Assembly (NCBI GenBank): GCA_051294375.1
Contig: CM119266.1
Span: 4,230,931 to 4,294,930, forward strand
DNA from: Paraspadella gotoi
Lineage: Eukaryota > Animalia > Chaetognatha
Direction: 5' to 3'
DNA: 64,000 nt
Shown: in pieces, positions 51,201 to 61,224 of the stretch
How the letters are laid out: each line of letters begins with the position of its first letter
Numbering within the stretch: position 1 is the first letter of the stretch
Notes under the pieces: model-generated
Database searches by the model: none
What the model saw: the letters and a program-made list of their open reading frames with translations, nothing else
Told to the model about the DNA's origin: nothing
Position numbers and translations under genes: made by a program

Positions 51201-54200
51201 TAATAATAATAATAATAAGGATAATAATAATAATAATTTAATAATACAGTGCGTCCCAATGGTACTGTCTATTAAGAAAAGCTTACTGCTCCTATACCAG
51301 ATCGAGAAACTTTAATTCATTATAATGAATATACGCACAAGTGTCGACCATTTTATAGGATATAGGATTATATATTTTTTAATATTTATAAAATATTTTT
51401 ATAATATTGATTAAATAATGTTTTAAATATTTTCTTTAGATGCAGGACAGTAAGAAACTACCTCATATTTTTAGCTCCAGAGCTTTTTTAATACAGTAAT
51501 AATTTTTTAAAAATTATCTACTTACCTTGTTTATATTATTTTTTTAATTAATTTAATAATAATTTATTGAATAAATAGCAACCATTTTGTTCTGGCTTAA
51601 TGATTCAATCGCTTACAACTTCAAATAATAGAATTTAAATATCAAATTAATTAGTATAATTTTTTCCATTTTTGTATTTTTTTTAATATTTGTTTATTTG
51701 TTTTTATTAATGCATTTATTTTATACAAATCTAAATTTAAATAATTTATATCTATTTAAAATATTTTTTACGTCATTTTTTTAATAAATTTTATTTTAAA
51801 ATAAAAAAAATTATCTAAAAATTAAAAAAGTTAAAAATTATGACTCATTTATATTGATTGTTCTGAAAAGAAAACTTGATAAAAATAGAATTCGAAATAT
51901 AGTATCAAATAAGTAAGCAGAAAAATGGTAAGAAAATGGTAAGAACTTATCTTTGACATTGTTATCTCAGAAATAAGATTTAATAACACAGTTCCGTACA
52001 ATATGTAAAAGTTAACCGACAGTACCATTGGGACACACTGTAATTGTGTTACCATCACGGCTCTAAATTTTCTTTCTGAAATTTAGTTAATTACCCGATT
52101 TTGGTCAAAATAATTTTCAAAAAAATGCTTACCTTTGAGTGAACAAAAAATTCCATTGACTTCTGATCGTAAAAGAGTCGCGAAAATTGAGATTTTCATC
52201 TTTAGTTGGATTTAAATTGATCGGGACTTTGGGCCCTTTCAATGTGAAAATGTTATTCTTTACTCAAAAGATTATACAAAATTATAGGAAAAAAATAAAT
52301 ATGCTTGCCTATTTTGACGTTTTGTCGATCCTCTTGACAAACGGTCAACTGGAATTCTTTGTTGACTTCTTTGACAGAAAACCCAGGATATTGAATATTG
52401 TAAATTGTTGATGTCGAAGATCCTTTAGACTTTGTCAGTTGCGAAACTTGTAACGTGTTGCCTCGCCCTGACCCGATTGGGCTCATCGAGAAAAAAGCCA
52501 TCACCTGTATGAACATCAATACAATTAATAAAATTTAAACCCTTAAACCCGTAATCGATAATAAAACAAGTTTGAGCAAACATTTCCGGATATGTTCACG
52601 GCAATTAGCCGTGAGTTCAATTTGGTATCGTTCTTGATAAAATGCCAAATACCTTTAGCCCCATCATGTGCTCCTGCAAGAGATTTCCAAATCCTTGAGC
52701 ATAGGCTTCCTTCACTTTCCCTGTCGGAGCGCTCCCGGTGGAGAAACTAACTTCCGCCGGATATTGGATCGATCTGTGGAGAAAAAAAGAGCAATGGGTA
52801 AAATTCATAGAATAAAATGAAAAAAAATATGTGAGATGATTGAGATGAGTATAAATTATTTTTATTTTGTGCTTTAAGCTTTAGGCAGATTCCGCCTTTA
52901 TAATTCACTTTTCCGATCTGTCGGTCGCTCCCTTAAATCATCTGAACATCAAATTAAGAAAAATTAAGTAAAAAAAAGTAAGAAACATAATATAAAATAA
53001 TGAAAATAAAACGAATAACGAACTAAAAATATAATACTTAAGGGAGTGGTCTTTTCATTCATGAAATATCATTTTATTTTTTTGTTTTTTCCATTTTAAC
53101 TCATTTCACTCGGACGATTCCATCGAAACTTGATTCCCAGCTCAATCACACACTTTTCTTCACACACAAAATTTCATTCCAATCCATCCATCAAATCACG
53201 ACTTTTTGATGTTTTATTACTGAAAATTAGTAAAAATTTTGATGATGATGAAAATTTTTTAAGTTTTTTCCCAATTTTAACTTAACTTATCATCAGAATA
53301 TTGAAAAAAAATTATACTTTGTGCAGACAACTTTTCATAGGCTATCTGTATCTGATTTTAAAAATACAAAATTCAGAAAAAAAATATTAATAAGCGTGAC
53401 GCCGATGACAACGCTGACAACGATGTCACAAAGAAGCCTGGCCTTCGCTTTATCTCGCCAAGACCAATACCAAAAACAGTATTGACAAAATTAAAACAGT
53501 ATCAGTGTAAAAGATTAGAAAAGATCAATTGAAAGTTTTTTCAGAAATGTATGAAGTTTCATTTGGGAAGGTTCCCAAATCAAACTTCTCACCCACCCCA
53601 TTGACAAAGACTGGCCCTAGTTTGTACTTGAATTGGTGACCGCCTGGGAATTCCGGTTATCAGCAGATTCCTTCTCTATAATTCACTTTGTCGGTCCGTC
53701 GGTCCCACCCCAAAATCTAGTCGGTAAATCATTTTTATCATATCAGAAACTCGAATTATGATAAATTATGCAAAAAAAATGATGTCCGTCCGTCCGTCCA
53801 TCCTCCATTAGCATTAAACTCCAATTACTCATGATTAGATTGATGGATTGGAATGAAATTCTGTATGTGGGTAGGAAAGTGTGTGAATAAGTTTGATATA
53901 AAGTTTTGATGAAATCGTGCGAGAGGAAATGAGTTTAAATGGAAAAAACAAAAAAAATATTTCACTATTTGAACTCCAAATACTCATAAGTGGACCGGGC
54001 GATTGACTTTAAATTTTGTAAGTGGGTAGGAAAGTGTGTGATAAAGCTGGAAATCAAGCTTCGATGGATTCGTCTGAATGGAAATGAGTTTAAATGGAAA
54101 AAAAAACCTGTTTCACTAATTGATTAATAAATGATTATGCTTCTTTTTCTTTTTATATTAAATGTAAATGCAAGATGTATTAATTAATAAAATAATTAAT

Positions 54201-57200
54201 CAGTTAATTAATCAATTAATTAATAAATAATTATTTAATCGGTCAATTAATCAATCAATTAATTATTCAATCAATCAATTTATTTAGTTATCTATCAATT
54301 AATTATTCAATCAATCAATTTATTTATAAAGTATTTAATTATTTAATCAATTAATCAATCAATCAAGTCAATCTTTTTCGGCATTATTGTCGTCGTCGCC
54401 ATCATCGTCGTCGTTGCTTTTGTCGTGGTCAGTGACAAAAAGACCTAAAAACATACATTTCGGATCATATTAATTAATTTATTAAATTATTATTTTAGTT
54501 TATATAGTTTATCTTTAAATGAAGCTTAACATAGAAACATTTCAAAGGGAACTGCTAACTATAAATATATTTTATGACAAGGATTTATAGATTTCCCTTC
54601 AGGCACAAGGCTCTGAAGCAACTCTCTTAAAGAGAGATCCCTATGAAAGGGCAAGATACATACTTTAAACAAATTGAATGTACTTAATTATAAGCTTCAA
54701 TGCATCAAGCGCAAAATCTTTCTTAAGATGATTTTTTTTTTAAGTTTTCAGATGGTCAACTTATATCGAGCAAGTGGAGTGGAGCCCTGTTTATTGAAGA
54801 ATAATAAACCTGAGCTATAAAATTTTGTATCATAACTAATGCAAAATGAACTGAAGATATTTTATGAATAATTGTAACTAATATTTCACTTATGATTATG
54901 AAGTCATAGTCCCAAAACTTACTCTGCTTCTGATTACTTGCATTTTCTGTTTTCTATGCAAATAATAAAGCCAGAAAAGCCTCGTCTTCAAGTTCTCAAA
55001 CAAAAGTTTGGAATAAGTCTGATTCATTTGTTAAGTTTATCGGAGGTTTATCCAGCCAAATTGGTATCTAGATATATAGAATATTAATAGCAAAAAGAAA
55101 TTAAGTCAATAAGGGAATTAAGAATGTTTCATTGCTTTGGAAAAAAAACTCTATGCAGATAATGCCAACTTGATATCCCACGATCTGCACTACAACCATA
55201 TCACATTAAGTACACCGGTTCATATCTAATCAAAAAAGTTAAGCAATATTGTGCCTACTTTATACTTGAATGGGTGACCGGCTGACTGCCTAGAAATCCT
55301 GGGTATAGTGATTCTAAAAGAAAAATATGAGCCACGATATTGACAAAAGAATTATATATGATTCAAAAGCTACATATTTTTGTTAAATTATCTTTAAATG
55401 GAGCTTAGCNNNNNNNNNNNNNNNNNNNNNNNNNNNNNNNNNNNNNNNNNNNNNNNNNNNNNNNNNNNNNNNNNNNNNNNNNNNNNNNNNNNNNNNNNNN
55501 NNNNNNNNNGAAATTTTTTCTAAGAAAACTGCTAAATATAAATGCAATTTTTTTGTCCAATGTAAGAAATAATCAATTTGAGACAAAACTTTAACAAACC
55601 TTTTGTACAAAATGATATTTCATGACCAGGATTAATAGATTTCCCTTCAGGCACANNNNNNNNNNNNNNNNNNNNNNNNNGCACAAGGCTCTGAAGCAGC
55701 TCTCTTAAAGAGAGTTCCCTATGAAAGGGGAAGATACATACATACATACTAAGGCGTAGTAAAATTTCTAAATTTAACTTTAATTAAAATTCTAAAAGTG
55801 AGAAATGAACAACATTATACTAATGAACATTTATGTAATAAAAAAATTTATAATAAATTTTTCAATTTACGCAGTAGGCCATATTTATACTAGTACTAAA
55901 CCAATAAATGTTAAATTTCAAAACTTTTTTTTTAAAAATATTTTTACAGATTTGGATTCGTCATAAAAAGTTGATAGAAAGAAATATAACTCTTTTTGAA
56001 AAATTCCTTCATTAAGTGGGTCAAAAATTAGAAAAAGCTATATTTTAAGCTGAAATTAACTTTTTATATATTAAATATAGTTTAATTTTTAACTCACTTA
56101 ATGAAAGAATTTTTAAAAATGATTTATATTTTCTTTTATCACTTTTGACGAGGAATTCAAATCTGCAATCAAAATTAAGAAAAGCCTATTTTGAAATTTT
56201 TCGATTTTATAAGGATAGATATATAGCCTATTGCGAAAATTAAAAAACATAAAATTTTTTTTTTACAAATTAATATTCACTGATGGTATGTTGTTCATAA
56301 TTAACTTTTAGAATTTCATATGTAACTTTCACTACGCCTTAATACATACATACATACATACTCTTCGAGGCGTGGGTTTGAATCCCACCGCTGCCACCAC
56401 AATTAAGTAAATAGACAGATATTTCTAGCGAAACAAAGTGGATTTATTTCTTCAGAATTTAGACATTAATACAAGACGGTGTCAATTCTCGAGGCAGAGT
56501 GAATCAATACAAGTTGGTTCCTATTTATACAATGCAATCGGATCGGAGGTAAGGGTAAAGTTTACAGCCGGAAAGAAGCCCATCTGCCCATAGGCCGATG
56601 CCATTTGTCTTTCGTCCAATGAGAATGTTCCATTCTACTTCCGGCGGAGTTTGCTCGCGTCGCCGATCCGATTTCGATTCTGGAGTCTTGATTCCGCTGC
56701 GATGCTTTTGTAGAAGACGAAAATAGTATTAATAAAAATAAGGAGAGAGTGAAGAATCGTGATGTTGTAAGAGAAGTAGAAAAGAAGTAAGACGACCTAT
56801 CTCCTGAACCACTTTTATCAACGCCCGGACCAACTTGACCTTACGGTCTCGTGCTTTTCCCGGTCAATCTAAGGTCATTGCCAAAGCTAGGGCAAAGTGA
56901 CCATGGAGAAAGACGGGTACGAAGAAAGAGAAGAGAAGAAGGGTTTAGAGAGAGATTCGCCTCACTTTAAACAAATTTAAACTACTCAATTATAAGCTTC
57001 AATGTTTGCAGAGCAAATTTTCTTAGGCCATGTGGCGGTATATTCACACCGCCTTACATCCACCGTCGTTCAGCCAATATCATTGGCTCAGAGAGGGAAT
57101 ACACCATCCCAGGCATTGTGTTCCTTCCACAGTCCTAACGACTTCCCTCTGCGTTGGCAAAGCAAGGCCATCCTTGGGTAACCGCGCCTGTGACTGGAGA

Positions 57201-58213
57201 CGTCGCAGAGGGTAAAAAGCCCAAAAGCCATCAGTGAGATTCCCCATCCCATATGGGCATCACAGGCAACCTGGGTGTTGCCGTAAGTAGTGAGCCCTAC
57301 TATCGAACATGCAACCTTCTAAGGGTACGCTACGAAAACCACCTATGCCCTGTCAACTTCGGGACGCTATAACAAACCCCTATGCCCCTGGGGTACCCTA
57401 TGACAAACGCCTATGCCCACCAACTTTGCTCTCTCTCTCTCTCTCCACTATGGTAACAGTCTAATCAGACACCTCTCAGGCCTGGAGAACCTGAGTGATA
57501 TCTTGGCCCGGGGATCTTGTGGCGGTATATTAACACCGCCTTACGTACACCATCGTTCAGCCGATACCATTGGCTAAGAGAGGGAACACACCATCCCAAG
57601 AGTTGTGTTACATTCAGTCCTAACAACTTCCTCTGTGTTGGCAAAGCGAGACCACCCGAGGTAACCGCGCCAGTAACTGAAGGCGCCAACAGTGAGATGC
57701 CCCATCCCAATGGCCAATCAAAGGCAACCCGGCTGTTGCCATAGCCATACCTTTTTGAAAAAGTATTCAATTTGTCAACTTTTATCAAGCTAGTAGAGTT
57801 TTGAGCCATTTTTACTGCAGAATAAGTTACACAAGTACCACAGCTATTGAAAAATGAAATTTTTTTTCATTAATTACTAAAAATCATTATTTATTAAGGT
57901 ATCTTTAGGATTTCTTTTGATATGATCTGTTATGATCAGAAATTTATTATGACTTATAACCTGATTAGCTACTTACTGCTAAATCATCGAGCATTGTTCG
58001 CTCAAACTTATCTTTATGCTTTTGACTAGATTAAACTAGTTTTGCACAATTTATCCTCCATAGTAGCCATAGTCTGAGAGTAAATATACCTCGACATGAC
58101 TGTGATCTTTCCGTCGTGACACTTGACTTGACGCTCGCGGTCTTCGTCAACGGGATCCGCGTCTTTGACGACCCAATGGACATGATCGTCGCCGGCCGGA
58201 CATTTGAATCTGG

Positions 58214-58251
<38 letters not shown>

Positions 58252-58409
58252 AAAGCTTGTCAACGAGTCTTCTCTTTTTACTTTTCTTCTCCAGCGACTT
58301 TCGAAAGTTGGAAGGAAAAGTTTTTACAGAATTCGGAACCCAGGAAAATCCCCATCACTAATTCGACGGAAGACAATTGCGGACCTCGAGTGGATTTCTG
58401 GCCGTCTTC
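41593..58409 (-). CDS. Protein with tandem divergent fibrinogen-related domains (FReD) and a C-terminal mucin stalk; 5'-incomplete
   Basis: Phase-consistent exon chain 58409-58282, 58209-58090, 52773-52653, 52504-52309, 52235-52133, 51151-51126, 49626-49546, 49474-49359, 49057-49026, 48915-48800, 48232-48124, 47877-47780, 47580-47499, 46888-46830, 46729-46646, then 46313-46246 or 45268-41593. FReD-like motifs: QVKCHDGKITVMSR, YAQGFGNLLQEHMMGL, IKDC, MECKDGWELIYTR, DFTWGFW..FVYWRG, RYKLQV, CTKLNGTY, DSIFW. Confidence 0.75.
46246..46313 (-). CDS. Short alternative terminal exon of the FReD gene
   Basis: Acceptor CTTTACAG|AT phase 1; (D)VETLKLKFNYKTFFKNCTFED*; AATAAA about 10 nt after the stop. 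Confidence 0.7.
47150..47445 (-). mobile_element. Degenerate tRNA-derived SINE
   Basis: Minus strand: A-box-like GTGGCTCATTCATTAAAGC, B-box-like GGGTTCAATCTC, ~300 bp long, 3' tail of (TTTAAG)n. Confidence 0.6.
50681..51068. mobile_element. Two copies of a GC hairpin typical of rolling-circle (Helitron/Helentron) element ends
   Basis: AGCCAGGACGGGCTT(T/C)G(T/C)CC(C/G)GTCTGGCTC-like hairpins at ~50681 and ~51035, next to AACCCT-like repeats. Confidence 0.4.
51247..52040. mobile_element. Tc1/mariner-type MITE, complete
   Basis: 23-bp TIR CAGTG(C/T)GTCCCAATGGTACTGTC at both ends, TA on each side, AT-rich non-coding interior. Confidence 0.9.
53613..53657 (+). pseudogene. 5S rRNA 3' fragment
   Basis: GGCCCTAGTTTGTACTTGAATTGGTGACCGCCTGGGAATTCCGG resembles 5S GGCCCGGTTAGTACTTGGATGGGTGACCGCCTGGGAATACCGG. 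Confidence 0.7.
53658..54365 (+). mobile_element. Further HINE/DINE-1-like copy (30245 family), ends eroded
   Basis: CAGCAGATTCC..CTATAATTCACTTTGTCGGTCCGTCGGTC, (GTCC)n and the GGGTAGGAAAGTGTGTGA subrepeats shared with 30245-31695; more fragments at ~52560, 52880-53200 and ~57960-58010. Confidence 0.7.
55188..55310 (+). pseudogene. Full-length decayed 5S rRNA pseudogene
   Basis: CTACAACCATATCACATTAAGTACACCGGTTC...AAGTTAAGCAA...TACTTGAATGGGTGACCG is collinear with invertebrate 5S rRNA; many substitutions towards A/T. Confidence 0.75.
55750..56341. mobile_element. Foldback MITE (almost wholly an imperfect palindrome) inserted in a (TACA)n tract
   Basis: Ends TAAGGCGTAGT...ACTACGCCTTA; internal blocks are also reverse-complementary, e.g. 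TTCATTAAGTG/CACTTAATGAA and CAGATTTG/CAAATCTG. Confidence 0.8.
56361..56399 (+). pseudogene. 3' half of tRNA-Leu including the CCA end (extended primer-binding-site copy)
   Basis: CTCTTCG(G)AGGCGTGGGTTTGAATCCCACCGCTGCCA+CCA matches the metazoan tRNA-Leu variable arm, T arm and acceptor; the 5' half is absent. Confidence 0.8.
56401..56966 (-). mobile_element. Solo LTR-like sequence
   Basis: Minus strand starts AGTGAGG, has TATAAATA (56529-56522), AATAAA (56448-56443) and ends ACTTAATT, immediately before a TGGTGGCAGCGGTGGGAT PBS; it interrupts a repeat whose intact copy is at 54580-54730. Confidence 0.6.
57031..57742. repeat. Two diverged copies of a hairpin-rich ~230-250-bp unit (487-bp period)
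   Basis: 57031-57282 aligns with 57518-57742, with several retained stems. Confidence 0.75.
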
Positions 58410-58759
58410 CTGTAATTGTGAGCATTATCATTATCATCCTTAGAATCGACATCACCGTCATCATAATCATCATCTTATGTAAAGAAATATTTTTCTATAT
58501 TAAAAAAGTAAAAAAGGAAAAAAGTAAGATCTGTTGAGCAATCTATATATGAAAAAATTTTAAGGTCTTTAGTTAACAATTAGTTACTAAAATATATTTT
58601 GCCTAAGAAAATTTCTTTCCCTACTTGGCCCCTTCATCCAGTTTTATTTATTTTAATTAAGCCTTTTAGCCTTTTAGCTATACAACATATATGGTAATGT
58701 TGATACTGAAGAGACAGTAATTATTGTTATTTGTTAGTGACAGAACTGTTAAATATAAG

Positions 58760-59088
58760 CAGTCCCTGAGCTTCCGATCAAGCTGTAACACCGTGTTACA
58801 GGCGGCTTAAGCGGCCAGTCCCTCTAAACTGCTAGGCGACCACTGGGTTGGGAGGCGATTGACTTGCACCCTGCACCAATGCCACTGATGAACAGTTGGT
58901 GGATTTTAGTCCATCATAATACTCATTATTAGTTGATTGACCTCGTATAAAAACCCAGTCGTCCAGTAGAAATAGTCTTTGTTCGTTTTCGAAGCCGTCA
59001 AGGCGCCAATCATTTGTTTGCCTGTGACTTTGTCAGCGCCACCGCAGAGGGGCGCTTGTCCGCCTTGACCACTCGGCCACCACCAGCC
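58760..59088 (-). mobile_element. Probable tRNA-headed SINE
   Basis: Minus strand starts GGCTGGTGGTGGCCGAGTGGTCAAGGCG (Ser/Leu-type A box); B box weak; GC-rich body with hairpin CTGTAACAC-C-GTGTTACAG. Confidence 0.5.
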
Positions 59089-60216
59089 TTTTCGACAAAA
59101 GAACAATTATGCATGAGATATTTAACTCATAATAATATAAAAATTATCCATTCATTCAATAATTAATCTATCTTTCATCCGGACTTCGGACAGGCTACTA
59201 TGAGCCTACAATACCCTACATCATAGCCTGTAATAAAATAATAATAATAAAGGAAAATTAAGTAATATTCAAATATGTTATTTGCCACATTTTAATTTTC
59301 ATTCTTAATCTTGAAAAGCTTTCAGGAAAAATTTTACATTCACTGTTTAAGAATTTCCAGTGGTTAATTTTTTGGGCGGGGTTATTACGAGCAACAATAA
59401 TAGAATTTCATTACGCGAAAGAGAAAAACTAACCTTTAACCCTTACCACCCTAAACCATAACTACGTTAACCCTAACTACCCAAACCACCGCAAACCCCA
59501 GAGCACCACTTACCCCTTACCAGCCTAAAACCCTAACCACTAACTACCCCTAACCACTTATAATCCCTAACCTAAAAAAGGTAATGATATATGCGAGTAA
59601 AAAAAAATAAATCAATTTTTGAAAGAATTTGCTTGAAAGAATTGCTGAACTGGGTTTACCCTATGATCGGGCCGCATGTAAGGCCTATGGTGTGGCTTGA
59701 AATGCTGTGTTTGAATAAAAGCTGTTTTTTCAAAATAGGCAAAACAAGCAGCAAGCTTATTGACTTTTTCCTCTAGAGTCTTGATTTGGGCAATCTGGGT
59801 GGGGCAAACTTGTGGAGCAGCTAATATAAGTTTGTGGGGTAACATTCAGGTTCATTCTCTCTACATAACTTGTTTTCCTTATCCGAGTTATTTTTCTCTT
59901 TAGTATCTTTGGCAAGTTTGTTGGCCTCATTTTTGCAATAAGCTATTTCATTGTAACAATTTGGGTTTTCGGGGTTATTCTGGTCTTTCTTCCTGGGCAT
60001 TTGTTCTGTAAGTCTGGTGGTAAGAAAAAGTGCATCCAGTATATTGGTTATATCGGTTATTGGTCGTCTTAGGTTGAAATAAGGTTTGTGATTTGTCGGC
60101 TTTCCTATGATTCGCGAAGACGACGAGCAATACACTCACATTCAACCTTAGACCGACCAATGACCAACAGAGAGACTAAGGAGTCGACAGCCGAGATTGC
60201 TGGTCATTACCTTGTC

Positions 60217-60980
60217 CATCACGCATAAAACGGGGTAAAACCGAAAAGGAATAGTTTTAACGTTTACCGCGTTGGAATTCGAGATTTCAGTCATCTTTTC
60301 TTCGTTTTATTAATTTTCCCTAAAATTTTTTTTTGTTCGCATACGGAGAATTCAAGAGGATAAAAAGACCTTTCAACTGGTTACTGAAATTTATGGATAT
60401 GTCTCACGGTATGGCCCGCACGAAATGAGAACAGTCTTTTTGAAAATCCTTGAGAACGTATTTAGTTGTTTTTACTTTCCTTTTCGATAAAAATCTGCCT
60501 TTTTATCATAAATTTTAGATTCTATTGATACCGGACTCCAATATTCTGCTGACAATGGTTTTACAGCGGCAACTATACCTTATCAAGACATTTGCTTTGA
60601 AGAAATTTTTGAGAGTCTCTCTTCTTTTCTCTCTCTCACTGTCTCTCTCTCACTCTCTCTCTCTGATTTCATCCTACTCATCTGCTTCATCCTCCTCATC
60701 CTCCTCATTCTTACTAACTCTTTCTTACCATAGAAATGATTTGAATTTAGAATGCAATGTCTAATAAAATAAACCAATCTCGATATTTGTAATAAAAATC
60801 TTTTTATGCAATAGTAATTAGGAATTAATTGTTGGAAAAAAAATTGAGAAAGAAGTTAGAAAAAAATTAAGGAAAAAGAAATTTAAAAAAAAATCTGAAT
60901 TTAAAAAAACGGTAAAGAAGATTCCGAAATCTTTTTGTTTACTCGATTGCGAAAAAATATACCCCGTTTTATGCGTGATG
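60217..60980. mobile_element. MITE / non-autonomous DNA transposon with a 21-bp TIR
   Basis: CATCACGCATAAAACGGGGTA ... TACCCCGTTTTATGCGTGATG; possible imperfect 9-bp TSD CAT(T/C)ACCTT, offset by 3 bp on the left. Confidence 0.8.
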
Positions 60981-61224
60981 CATCACCTTAATCATTGTCC
61001 GTCGTTAATAAAACTATTGTCAACCAAACATTTGCCTTCACTTGTTAATTACCCTCGTTATTTGACTAAACGTCGACGATATATATTTTATATTTAGTAT
61101 CATCGTTAGTTATATCGAAACTAACCCGTATTGTTTGGCTTGCAGCCGTGACCAGGGTATAAAAAATTCATTCCAGCCTTTTGACTGTATCTGTGCAGGA
61201 CGTCACCAGCGCTCAAGAAACCCG

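Noticed and set aside
56361-56399. Functional tRNA-Leu gene
   Set aside because: The D arm, anticodon arm and A box are missing, the T-loop has C>T, and CCA is encoded.
58760-58776. RNase P CR-I-like GGAAGCTCAGGGACT on the minus strand
   Set aside because: No CR-V partner; the downstream sequence is AT-rich and unstructured.
58880-58915. Hammerhead ribozyme core CTGATGA
   Set aside because: No stem II followed by GAAA, and no suitable cleavage triplet arrangement.
59430-59575. Interstitial telomere
   Set aside because: Degenerate AACCCT-like units, also at ~48570 and ~50645, inside dispersed repeats; not a clean telomeric array.
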